A stretch of DNA of 64,000 bases from Candidatus Peregrinibacteria bacterium CG_4_10_14_0_2_um_filter_38_24 (GTDB lineage Bacteria; Patescibacteriota; Gracilibacteria; UBA1369; LOWO2-01-FULL-3): NCBI GenBank assembly GCA_002792535.1, contig PFOM01000036.1:11936-75935 (forward strand), read 5' to 3'. The position numbers were made by a program, and so were the translations under genes. Positions 18,609-27,146 of the stretch are shown here, in pieces. The notes beneath the pieces are model-generated. The model was not told where the DNA came from, did not search any database, and was given only the letters and a program-made list of their open reading frames with translations. The first letter of the stretch is position 1, and each line of letters opens with the position of its first letter.

Positions 18609-18609
18609 A

Positions 18610-19836
18610 ATGGAAAAATTCAACCAATTAGTAAAGAATATCTTGATATTTTTAGCTATATTTTTGGCAGTAAACTACGCAATAAACCTATTTAAAGGAA
18701 ATAAAGCTCCCGAAAACACAACTCCAAGCACAATAGTTTTCGAAACAACAGACAACGAATACTCAAGACGCGATATCGTCACTATAAAGATCAAAAACAA
18801 CACTTCCGCCGCAATAACAATTCCAAACAAATGTCCAGCAGAACCATTCGACACATTCAGAAACGAAAACAATGAATGGGTAAAAAAGACATATTCTCCG
18901 CAACTTGATTGTACAAACAAAAAAGACATAGAAATTCTCCCTACAAAAGAGATTCTAGTCCCCTATTCAACCTGGAACCACACACTTTTTGGAGACATGG
19001 GCAGATACAAAGTTGAGATGAAAACAAAAGTAGGCGAAAAAGAAAAAACGCTTACTTCAAACGAATTCACCGTCGTAGAAGAAGGCATTTTCTCCAAACT
19101 CTGGATCGGAATTTTCTATCGCCCAATCTACAACACAATGATCTTCCTTGCGAAAATGATGCCAAATCATGACATTGGACTAGCCATAATTCTTCTTACA
19201 CTAATAATAAGAACAATTCTGCTCATACCTTCACAAAAGGCTATGAAAGCGCAAAAACGCATGCAAGACGTTCAACCTAGACTCGAGAAAATCAAAGAAA
19301 AATACAAAGGAGATCAGCAAAAAATCGCCATGGAAACAATGGCATTATGGAAAGAAGCAAAAGTAAATCCAATGGGAAGCTGCCTTCCACTACTCTTACA
19401 ACTTCCATTCCTTATCGGAATTTTCTACGTCGTACAAGATAGCCTAAATCCCGACAACACATACCTTTTATACAAAACATACGAAAATTTTGCACTAAGC
19501 GACATTTCACACACATTTTTCGGAATAATTGACCTATCTAAACCAAATCTATACGTACTCCCAATAATAATCGGAGGACTTCAATTCATACAGATGAAAC
19601 TCTCCATGGGAGTTTCAAGTCCAAAAGGAGAAATGGCCAGCGCATCAAAAATCATGATATACTTGATGCCGGTCATGATCGCAGTATTCACGGCATCATT
19701 ACCTGCGGGCGTCGGCTTTTACTGGGGCACTTCAACACTTTACGGAATAATTCAGCAAATATTTGTAAACAAAGGCAAGTCAACCCACAAAAAAGACGAT
19801 AACGAACCGACAGTCAAAGTTATTACAACAAACTAA
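18610..19836 (+). CDS. yidC: Membrane protein insertase YidC
   Basis: N-terminal anchor plus an extracytoplasmic domain. Conserved 60-kDa insertase core (GLAIILLTLIIRTILLIPSQKAMKAQKRMQDVQPRLEKIKEKYKGDQQKIAMETMALWKEAKVNPMGSCLPLLLQLP). Confidence 0.92.
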   Translation: MEKFNQLVKNILIFLAIFLAVNYAINLFKGNKAPENTTPSTIVFETTDNEYSRRDIVTIKIKNNTSAAITIPNKCPAEPFDTFRNENNEWVKKTYSPQLDCTNKKDIEILPTKEILVPYSTWNHTLFGDMGRYKVEMKTKVGEKEKTLTSNEFTVVEEGIFSKLWIGIFYRPIYNTMIFLAKMMPNHDIGLAIILLTLIIRTILLIPSQKAMKAQKRMQDVQPRLEKIKEKYKGDQQKIAMETMALWKEAKVNPMGSCLPLLLQLPFLIGIFYVVQDSLNPDNTYLLYKTYENFALSDISHTFFGIIDLSKPNLYVLPIIIGGLQFIQMKLSMGVSSPKGEMASASKIMIYLMPVMIAVFTASLPAGVGFYWGTSTLYGIIQQIFVNKGKSTHKKDDNEPTVKVITTN

Positions 19837-19855
19837 ACTTTAAAAACCACATATT

Positions 19856-20317
19856 ATGGAAATAATAGAAGCATTAAAGGAAACACTGGAAGAGATTCTA
19901 AAAAGAATCGAAGTTCCTTACACAGACTTGGACATCGTAGAAGATGAACCAGACGCCTTCCTTATAAACATAAAAAGCGAAAACCCAAATTTGCTGATAG
20001 GCTTCAGAGGAATGAACATTCAAGCCATTCAACATCTTTTAAAAGTAATGGCATGGCAAAAATGCAAAACAGAAAATTTTTCAATCACTTTGGACGTGGA
20101 TGAGTACAGAAAACGCCAAGAAGAAAGCATGCTAAACATGGCCCAAAGAAAAATCGAAATGGCTAGGAAATTCCACCGCCCACAAAGACTTCCACCAATG
20201 TCAGCTTATTTCAGACGAAAAATTCATTTGATGTGCATGGGGTCCGGATATGAAGACATTGAAACGTTCAGCGACGGAGAAGGCGAAATGCGCCACATCG
20301 TCATTAAAACGAAATAA
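19856..20317 (+). CDS. khpB: KhpB/Jag-like RNA-binding protein (KH plus R3H)
   Basis: KH-like segment LLIGFRGMNIQAIQHLLKV and R3H-type motif MSAYFRRKIHLMC. Conserved position after yidC. Confidence 0.8.
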   Translation: MEIIEALKETLEEILKRIEVPYTDLDIVEDEPDAFLINIKSENPNLLIGFRGMNIQAIQHLLKVMAWQKCKTENFSITLDVDEYRKRQEESMLNMAQRKIEMARKFHRPQRLPPMSAYFRRKIHLMCMGSGYEDIETFSDGEGEMRHIVIKTK

Positions 20318-20338
20318 TACACCCTTAAAAACATACTC

Positions 20339-21286
20339 ATGAGTACCAAAAAAAACCTAACTTGGTTACTCGTTCCTATAATAACTTTGATCGCAACAAT
20401 TTCGCATACACCAACAATAATCAGAGCGGAGTCTCCAAACAATTTTTCTGACATAAAAGAAGGAAATTCACATTTCGTTGCAATAGATTATTTACGTGCA
20501 AACAACATAATTCAAGGCTACGAAGACGGCACATTCAAATCCAAACAAAAGATTTCACGCGCGGAAGCTCTCAAAATCTTCATATTGGCAAGTAAAGCAG
20601 TTCAAGAAGCCGACATAGTCAAAATCAACGAATCCCCCCTCTCAGACGTTCCTACAGACTCATGGTTTGCCCCATACGTCGCAATAGCAAAAGAAAAAGG
20701 AATAATCTCAGGATACGAAGACGGCACCTTTCAACCGGATAAAACTATAAATCTCGCAGAATCATTAAAAATATTTTTAAGCTGTTATCCTGAACTCGAA
20801 TATCCATCGACAGATGACATTTTTGCAGACGCCGTCAGCACAGATTGGTTCGCAAAATATGCCGCATACGCAAAACAAAAAACACTCGTAAACATCACCC
20901 TGGAAAACAAAATCGACCCAAACCAAGACATGACACGCGGATACATGGCAGAAATAATTTACAGAAAAATCATGAATGACTCGATAAGCAACATGGAATT
21001 TGGAAAAGCCACTTACTATGGAAACGGGGCAGACGGAGCAAACACAGCATCAGGAGAAAAATTAAACAACGCAAACTTCGTCGCCGCGCACAAAACGCTC
21101 CCATTCGGAACAATAGTTGAAGTTACAAATCTCGCAACCGGAAAATCGATTCAAGTAAAAATCATAGATCGCGGACCATACGGCCATGGCCGAATAATCG
21201 ACCTATCGATGGGCGCATTCGCCACACTTGCAGATTTATCCGTAGGCGTTATAAATGTACAAGACAAAGTAATTCACTTGCCATAA
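20339..21286 (+). CDS. Secreted SLH-domain protein with a C-terminal RlpA-like double-psi beta-barrel (putative lytic transglycosylase)
   Basis: N-terminal signal/TM. SLH-like repeats (FSDIKEGNSHFVAIDYLRANNIIQGYEDGTFKSKQKISRAEALKI; FAPYVAIAKEKGIISGYEDGTFQPDKTINLAESLKI). DPBB domain ATYYGNGADGANTASGEKL...AAHKTLPFGTIVEVTNLATGKSIQVKIIDRGPY. Confidence 0.8.
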   Translation: MSTKKNLTWLLVPIITLIATISHTPTIIRAESPNNFSDIKEGNSHFVAIDYLRANNIIQGYEDGTFKSKQKISRAEALKIFILASKAVQEADIVKINESPLSDVPTDSWFAPYVAIAKEKGIISGYEDGTFQPDKTINLAESLKIFLSCYPELEYPSTDDIFADAVSTDWFAKYAAYAKQKTLVNITLENKIDPNQDMTRGYMAEIIYRKIMNDSISNMEFGKATYYGNGADGANTASGEKLNNANFVAAHKTLPFGTIVEVTNLATGKSIQVKIIDRGPYGHGRIIDLSMGAFATLADLSVGVINVQDKVIHLP

Positions 21287-21597
21287 TGTACCAGAAAACC
21301 ACGCTTCAAACAGAAGCAAAAAAAACAGCAAAATTGCTTATAGTCACACTTTCTTCGATGATTATCGTTTTGTTGGGAATATTTTTCTTAGTCACAAACG
21401 ACTCCGCACAAAAAGGTTATGCCTTACAACAAGAAAAACTCAAAAATGAAATACTGAAAACCGAAAATTCAGGCTTAAACTCGAAAATCACAGACTCCTC
21501 CGCCTTCACAAAAATAAACGAAGACCAAAAAACAAAAGAGATGCTAAACCCCGAAAACAAACAATACGTCACCAAAAAAGACAACGAAATAAAATAA
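21286..21597 (+). CDS. Membrane-anchored small protein, hypothetical (FtsL/DivIC-like architecture)
   Basis: ATG overlaps the upstream stop. One TM helix (LLIVTLSSMIIVLLGIFFLV) followed by a short coiled-coil-like segment. No family recognised. Confidence 0.4.
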   Translation: MYQKTTLQTEAKKTAKLLIVTLSSMIIVLLGIFFLVTNDSAQKGYALQQEKLKNEILKTENSGLNSKITDSSAFTKINEDQKTKEMLNPENKQYVTKKDNEIK

Positions 21598-21644
21598 GGA
21601 AATAAATAAATAACCAGCACACGCCCCCGCAACGCAAAATGAAA

Positions 21645-21672
21645 TTGACTTTAACCCACAAGCCCTTATACT
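21645..21672 (+). promoter_or_regulatory. Candidate promoter for tRNA-Glu (TTGACT-N16-TATACT)
   Basis: Hexamers at 21645-21650 and 21667-21672, about 38 nt upstream of the tRNA 5' end. Confidence 0.35.
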
Positions 21673-21709
21673 AATGCTCGCGTACGTTTACGCAACAAAA
21701 AATCATCAT

Positions 21710-21784
21710 GGTGCCATCGTCTAGTGGTTAGGACAACGGGTTTTCATCCCGTAAACGGGAGTTCAATTCTCCCTGGCACTACCA
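21710..21784 (+). tRNA. tRNA-Glu (anticodon UUC), CCA encoded
   Basis: Cloverleaf folded by hand. Acceptor GGTGCCA/TGGCACT (G1-U72 wobble). D stem GTCT/GGAC. Anticodon stem ACGGG/CCCGT with loop TTTTCAT (anticodon TTC). T arm GGGAG-TTCAATT-CTCCC. Discriminator A followed by CCA. Confidence 0.93.
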
Positions 21785-21794
21785 CTTATATTTC

Positions 21795-21986
21795 CTATTG
21801 AAGCCTATTTTCAATATACTTATTCAAACTCAAATTACTAGCCTGAGCCTCGAAATAAAGCTTTTCATGAATCGCCGGTTCAGTACGAATTAAAATTTGA
21901 CCATTAAATTTACCTTTATAATCAGGTTCAGGAATTTGTTCCTTCTCTTTTTTTCTACGAACAAGATCCTCCTCAATCATTTCCAC
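21795..21986 (-). CDS. HicB-like ribbon-helix-helix antitoxin domain protein (short, no adjacent toxin)
   Basis: The C-terminal segment YKGKFNGQILIRTEPAIHEKLYFEAQASNLSLNKYIENRL matches the Y.GKF.lR.p..LH..L...A...g.SLN.yi pattern of HicB-family antitoxin DNA-binding domains. The listed start is GTG; the ATG at 21980 is the more likely start. The stop lies 10 nt from the tRNA 3' end. Confidence 0.6.
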   Translation of the reverse strand: MEMIEEDLVRRKKEKEQIPEPDYKGKFNGQILIRTEPAIHEKLYFEAQASNLSLNKYIENRLQ

Positions 21987-22381
21987 AACAAATTCATGCC
22001 GAAAAAGACTTCACTCCTCCGGAAACTTTTGAAGTGACACTAAATCCATTGCCGGCAAATCAAGTCCCAGCTTTCTCAAAATTTTATGCTAGAAATCCAA
22101 ACGGAATAACAGGATCAACAGCACTTGATATCGTAATCACAGCAACTCAAGTTTTAGCAGCAATAGGAAAAGAAGCAGGTGGAATACCGGAAGAACGATC
22201 CCTCGGCGCAAGATTCAACAACGTAATTTTGCCACCAGCACACAAATTAATAACTGGATGCAAACTAAAATTAGAAGTACAATAAGACAAAGTACGAAAA
22301 ACTGAAAAAGCTGAATTTTGGCCAATACACTTCACCTTCTTAGACGGCGAAACAGATCAAGACATCGTCCACACCCTCACT

Positions 22382-24409
22382 TCACCATCTTCCCCCTCCA
22401 CCTCCACCAAATCCTCCACCAGAGAAACCTCCGGAAAATCCGCTTCCGCCTCCCCACGAACTCGATCCGCCACTTCCGCCCCATCCCGAAGATTTCCATC
22501 CGGAATTCGGAGCCCCGGCCACAAACTGCTTTTCACCATATCTGCTCCACCTTCCCAAATCATTCATAAAAATAAACATATTTGTTTGATTCGCGCCTAC
22601 GTACCAATCCGGCATTCCCTTGTACAAGCCTTCAAATTGTTTCGACCATTGCTTCTCAACACCAAGCACCATTGCATACGGCAAATATTTCTCAAACACA
22701 TTTTTGTATTCACTCGGAGAAAACATTTTTTTTAATCTATCCGTTTCCGTCGCCTTCAAAAACATCTGAAAACCACGCACTTTTTCATTCACTTCCACTC
22801 CAAAAACAGTCTTTTTCGGCATAAATCTCGCAACAATAAAAAACGCCACACCCACAATAGGCATTGCCGCATAAAGAGCACTATCCGACAAAATCGACAA
22901 ACCAACCCCAATCATAGTCATCAAAAAAACCGACACGATCCCCAAAACCATATAATTAATTCTTCTTTTATCAGGATCTGTATCAAAATATTTTTTATCC
23001 ACCATACTTTCGTAAAGCAGTTCTTTCACCTTCGAAAGAACAGGATAAAACCGCCTTCCCAAGCTCTGCAAACTCACTCTCGACTTTCCCCCCTTCGGAA
23101 AAATTCCGGCAAAAATCTTCTTTTCAAAATCCTTCAAATCCTTCGCATCCGCCGCATCTTTTTGCAACAAAAAGAAATAGTCAACATCAGCTTTGAACTG
23201 ATACCATTTTTTTTCTTTCTCAACTTTTTCAATTTTCAAATACCCCTTCACCGCCATATTTATAATACTCGCACTTATATCATGCAAATGAGCAACCTCG
23301 TCGTAAATCACGCCGACTTCTCCCGGAGAAAGTTTATCCGGAGCCTCATAAAGCGGCATAATGACGCCCTTTCCTCTCGGATCTCTCCCCTTAAAAAACC
23401 ACAACAAAAACACCAAAAACAAACCAAATCCTAATAAAATCCACGGAAAAATTTCACCCACAAATCTCCAAAAGAAAGTTTTCTCAAGAACAATATCAAC
23501 CATCTTTGTCTTGAATCCGGCTACAGTTATTTTCGCAGAATAATCCTCATAACCATAACTTTTCACTTCCACCAAATGCTCACCGGAGAAAACCATAATA
23601 CTGTCATAGAACTTACCCAAAACCTTATTCCCATCAATATAAACATCAGGAGAATAAATAGATAAAGACGATCCGGAAATATTAAAACCAACAGACGCAT
23701 TTTCCTTCACAATCCCTTTTTCAAACCCAGCAACAACAGTAAATCCACCGCCATAAACAGGCTTATCCAAGGTAAATCTATAACTGTTGTCGGAAACTAC
23801 TTCCGCAGTACAATCCTGATTTTCAGACCCATATCCCCCACTATAACAAGTCGCCTTTTTCCCTTCTTTCACTCCTCCAAGCACAGTCACCTTTACAACA
23901 GATTTCTCTACATCCGCCTCCCAATAATTTCCGGTCACATTCCAATAAAGTTCATCATAAATCAAAAAATTATTAATCACGGCGTGTGCCTTATAATTCA
24001 CATAATACCAATGTTCTCCGGTCAAAGTTTTATCACTGTCCCCAACCTTCAAACTCAAACTATATCCATCGACATAATCAATAAAATCATACGGATTCCC
24101 ATTTTCATCCGTCACCGAAAAATCATCAAAAATAATAGCAACTCGATCCTCTCCACTTCCGTAAACAAAAGGCAAATCCCTGATAATTCCATGCCCGGGA
24201 ACATCTCCAAAATCATACAAAATCTTCTCCGCCACATCTATAGACCCATTTTCATTCACAATAATATCAGAATTATATTGATGAATTTTATCACCAATCG
24301 TTTCGGCCTCAGCTACGCCCATAAACCAACCTACAAACACCGAAGCAATCAAAGAAACCGCAAGCACAAGGGCTACGATCAATTTTAATATTTTTATTTG
24401 ATTTTTCAT
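22382..24409 (-). CDS. DUF2207-family membrane protein
   Basis: Signal/TM (LKLIVALVLAVSLIASVFVGWF), a large extracytoplasmic domain and several TM helices. Has the Gly/Ser/Trp tail characteristic of DUF2207 proteins (GWGGSGGSSSWGGGSGFSGGFSGGGFGGGGGGRW). The ATG at 24409 is preferred to 24457. Confidence 0.8.
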   Translation of the reverse strand: MKNQIKILKLIVALVLAVSLIASVFVGWFMGVAEAETIGDKIHQYNSDIIVNENGSIDVAEKILYDFGDVPGHGIIRDLPFVYGSGEDRVAIIFDDFSVTDENGNPYDFIDYVDGYSLSLKVGDSDKTLTGEHWYYVNYKAHAVINNFLIYDELYWNVTGNYWEADVEKSVVKVTVLGGVKEGKKATCYSGGYGSENQDCTAEVVSDNSYRFTLDKPVYGGGFTVVAGFEKGIVKENASVGFNISGSSLSIYSPDVYIDGNKVLGKFYDSIMVFSGEHLVEVKSYGYEDYSAKITVAGFKTKMVDIVLEKTFFWRFVGEIFPWILLGFGLFLVFLLWFFKGRDPRGKGVIMPLYEAPDKLSPGEVGVIYDEVAHLHDISASIINMAVKGYLKIEKVEKEKKWYQFKADVDYFFLLQKDAADAKDLKDFEKKIFAGIFPKGGKSRVSLQSLGRRFYPVLSKVKELLYESMVDKKYFDTDPDKRRINYMVLGIVSVFLMTMIGVGLSILSDSALYAAMPIVGVAFFIVARFMPKKTVFGVEVNEKVRGFQMFLKATETDRLKKMFSPSEYKNVFEKYLPYAMVLGVEKQWSKQFEGLYKGMPDWYVGANQTNMFIFMNDLGRWSRYGEKQFVAGAPNSGWKSSGWGGSGGSSSWGGGSGFSGGFSGGGFGGGGGGRW

Positions 24410-24545
24410 TGAAATAAGATTTAAATAGAAATTTACTGAAATACTAACATAAATCATTCCACAAAAACAAAAACAAAAACTTGCAACATCTTCTTCCGAT
24501 AATTCCCTTTTAATCCCTCAAACACTCTGATATTATTTAAAGTAC

Positions 24546-24593
24546 CCACTAGATATAGTATGCTTATTAAAAAATGGCTACTATATGTAGGAA
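24546..24593 (+). promoter_or_regulatory. Tandem NrdR-box-like operators upstream of nrdJ
   Basis: Box 1 CCACTAGATATAGTAT (24546-24561) matches 13/16 positions of the NrdR consensus as I remember it (acaCwAtATaTwGtgt). Box 2 CTACTATATGTAGGAA (24578-24593) matches 10/16. The centres are 32 bp apart, which fits the known tandem arrangement. Confidence 0.5.
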
Positions 24594-24673
24594 AACCTCA
24601 TTCCTATGGGAAATGTCTCCTGTGTCTAAGCACACAGGGATAAAAACAACAAAACATTAACCTCCCACATCTT

Positions 24674-27058
24674 ATGTCCCCTATCAAAAAAATTAAAAAA
24701 AGAAACGGAGACGTCGTTGAATTTGACCAAGCAAAAATCACAGAAGCTATCTGGAAAGCCGCAAATTCAGTAGGGGGGGGAAACACTGATGTTTCTGCGC
24801 AGATCTCAAATCAAGTTACCGCAGTACTTGAAGTATTTTTCAAAGATGAAAGCAATATTCCTACAGTCGAACAAATTCAAGATTTGGTTGAGAAAATTTT
24901 GATAGAAGGTGGACACGCAAAAACCGCAAAGGCATACATCCTATACCGCGAACAGCATAAAAACATTCGCTACAAGCAGGAAGAAATTTTAAACGGAAAA
25001 ACCACAAAACTCCCCTTTAGCATAAACGCTTTGCGAGTTTTGGCGGGAAGATATTTACAAAGAAATGAAAAAGGCGAAGTCACAGAATCTCCGGAAGAAA
25101 TGTTTTCAAGAGTTGCAGGAGCCCTTGCAAGCGTTGAAAAACAATACGGAAAAAGCGAACAAGAAATAGAAGAATTCGCAGAAAAATTTAGAGATATTTT
25201 ATATAATTTTGAATTTATCCCTGCAGGACGAACGCTCGCAAACGCAGGAGGAAAAACAAAACTCGTTGCAAACTGTATCGTTCTTCACGCAGAAGACAGC
25301 ATGCGCGGAATTTTCGACACACTTCGAGATGCATCTCTTCTTCAACAAGCTGGTTCAGGACTTGGATTTCCATGGCACATACTTCGACCGGCAGGAACAC
25401 GTGCCAGTGCAACGCAGGGAGTCGCATCAGGCCCTGTTTCCTTCATGAAGGTTTACAATGAAGCTTTTAGCGTTATCAAACAACAAGGCCGTCACGGAGC
25501 AAATATGGGAGTCATGAGAATCGATCATCCGGATATTCTAGAATTCATTGAATCAAAATGGGAAGAAGGATCATTTGTAAATTTCAACATCTCAGTTGCA
25601 CTTACAGATAAATTCATGCAACAAGTCGAAGAAGGCTCAAAAGAGCCATGGATGTGTACATACAAAGACAAGGAAATGAAACCAAGAAGAATCATCAGAA
25701 ACAAAAGAAGTGCTTTCGTAGAAGCAATTGAAGAAACAATCACAGCTTCGGAATTGATGGACAAAATCATCAATTCCGCTTGGAGAAACGGAGAACCCGG
25801 AGTTCTTTTCCCGGACGCGGCAAACAGAACAAATCCAATTCCAGCGCTGGGAAGACTTGAAGCTACCAATCCATGTGGAGAGCAATGGCTTCACGACGGA
25901 GACGTTTGTAACCTTGGATCAGTCAACCTCTCAAAATTTGTAAAAGACGGAAAAATTGAAGAAGAAAGACTAAAACACGTTGTAAAAATGGCTGTCCGCC
26001 TTCTTGATAACGTTATCGACATATCAGACTTCCCTGTCGAAAAAATAAATAAAGTATTCAGAAACAACAGAAGAGTCGGACTTGGAATTATGGGATTCGC
26101 AGACATGCTTTACCAACTAAAAGTTCCTTACGACTCAGAACAAGGATTCGCAACAGGAAAAAGAGTTATGCATTTAATAAATGTCACAGCTCATGATTAT
26201 TCAGAAGAAATCGCAAAAGAAAAAGGCACATTCCCAAACTGGGAAATCTCAATCTTCGGACCCAAAGAAAAAAACAGGAAACAAAGAAATGCCGCGTTAA
26301 CAACGGTCGCACCGACAGGATCAATCTCAATGCTTCTCGATTGCGGCTCAGGAGTAGAACCATTTTTCGCACTATCCTTTCAAAAAGAAGTTATGAGCGG
26401 ACAAAAACTAATGTATCTGAACTCATTCTTGGAAGCAGAGCTTAAAACGTTAAACCTATATAACGACACCATCTTAAAAGAAATCGAACGCACAGGATCA
26501 ATCCAGCACATCACAGAAATTCCTGAAAACATCAGAAAAGTATACGTCACGGCCATGGATATTTCCGCAGAAGCTCACATAAGAATGCAAGCGGCATTCC
26601 AAAGCGAAGTCGACAACAGCATCTCAAAAACAATCAATTTCCCATACAGCGCAACTCGTGAAGACGTTCGCCAAGGATACATCATGGCATGGAAAGCAGA
26701 CCTTAAAGGATGCACAGTTTACCGTGATGGAAGCCGAAAAGAACAAGTTTTGACAATTACAAAAGACACAGAAGAACAAAAAAAAGAAACAAATGACACT
26801 CCATGCGAAATTTCATGCGAGACATGCGAAGCAACAGAACAAATTGAATTAAAGCAAAATTTCGAAGAAGTAATTCCGCCTCCAGTGGGAAATACAGACA
26901 AACACGCAGAACACAATCACGATCCTCGCGCACACATGTCCCTCAGCAAAAACGAAATAATCAAAAGCAGAAAATGTCCGGAATGCTCAAATCCAATTCA
27001 AATTGCAGAAGGGTGCATGCTTTGCTTAAGCTGTGGATTCTCAGCTTGTTCAGCTTAA
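24674..27058 (+). CDS. nrdJ: Class II (adenosylcobalamin-dependent) ribonucleotide reductase with an N-terminal ATP-cone and a C-terminal Cys-rich zinc ribbon
   Basis: ATP-cone IKKRNGDVVEFDQAKITEAIWKA. Catalytic-site region LEATNPCGEQWLHDGDVCNLGS. Single-chain ~790 aa. C-terminal CPECSNPIQIAEGCMLCLSCGFSAC. Confidence 0.93.
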   Translation: MSPIKKIKKRNGDVVEFDQAKITEAIWKAANSVGGGNTDVSAQISNQVTAVLEVFFKDESNIPTVEQIQDLVEKILIEGGHAKTAKAYILYREQHKNIRYKQEEILNGKTTKLPFSINALRVLAGRYLQRNEKGEVTESPEEMFSRVAGALASVEKQYGKSEQEIEEFAEKFRDILYNFEFIPAGRTLANAGGKTKLVANCIVLHAEDSMRGIFDTLRDASLLQQAGSGLGFPWHILRPAGTRASATQGVASGPVSFMKVYNEAFSVIKQQGRHGANMGVMRIDHPDILEFIESKWEEGSFVNFNISVALTDKFMQQVEEGSKEPWMCTYKDKEMKPRRIIRNKRSAFVEAIEETITASELMDKIINSAWRNGEPGVLFPDAANRTNPIPALGRLEATNPCGEQWLHDGDVCNLGSVNLSKFVKDGKIEEERLKHVVKMAVRLLDNVIDISDFPVEKINKVFRNNRRVGLGIMGFADMLYQLKVPYDSEQGFATGKRVMHLINVTAHDYSEEIAKEKGTFPNWEISIFGPKEKNRKQRNAALTTVAPTGSISMLLDCGSGVEPFFALSFQKEVMSGQKLMYLNSFLEAELKTLNLYNDTILKEIERTGSIQHITEIPENIRKVYVTAMDISAEAHIRMQAAFQSEVDNSISKTINFPYSATREDVRQGYIMAWKADLKGCTVYRDGSRKEQVLTITKDTEEQKKETNDTPCEISCETCEATEQIELKQNFEEVIPPPVGNTDKHAEHNHDPRAHMSLSKNEIIKSRKCPECSNPIQIAEGCMLCLSCGFSACSA

Positions 27059-27079
27059 ATATTTAAACACAAATAAGGG

Positions 27080-27108
27080 TTGACAATGTGAGCAAAATAT
27101 TATATCAT
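27080..27108 (+). promoter_or_regulatory. Near-consensus sigma70-type promoter (TTGACA-N17-TATCAT)
   Basis: Hexamers at 27080-27085 and 27103-27108, 39 nt upstream of the 846-aa ORF. Confidence 0.45.
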
Positions 27109-27146
27109 TGCACGCTTGTAATATTTTGAAAAATATTTAATACGAA

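Noticed and set aside
22034-22285. 83-aa plus-strand ORF (GTG start) and the overlapping 62-aa minus-strand ORF next to the HicB-like gene
   Set aside because: Neither has a recognisable family, they exclude each other, and neither resembles HicA or another toxin in my hand translations. The region is reported as a finding rather than as a CDS.
24410-24673. Possible cobalamin riboswitch in front of the B12-dependent nrdJ
   Set aside because: I could not find a B12-box-like conserved core, and the region is too short and AT-rich for the multi-stem aptamer. The palindromes fit NrdR boxes better. An Infernal/Rfam scan would settle it.
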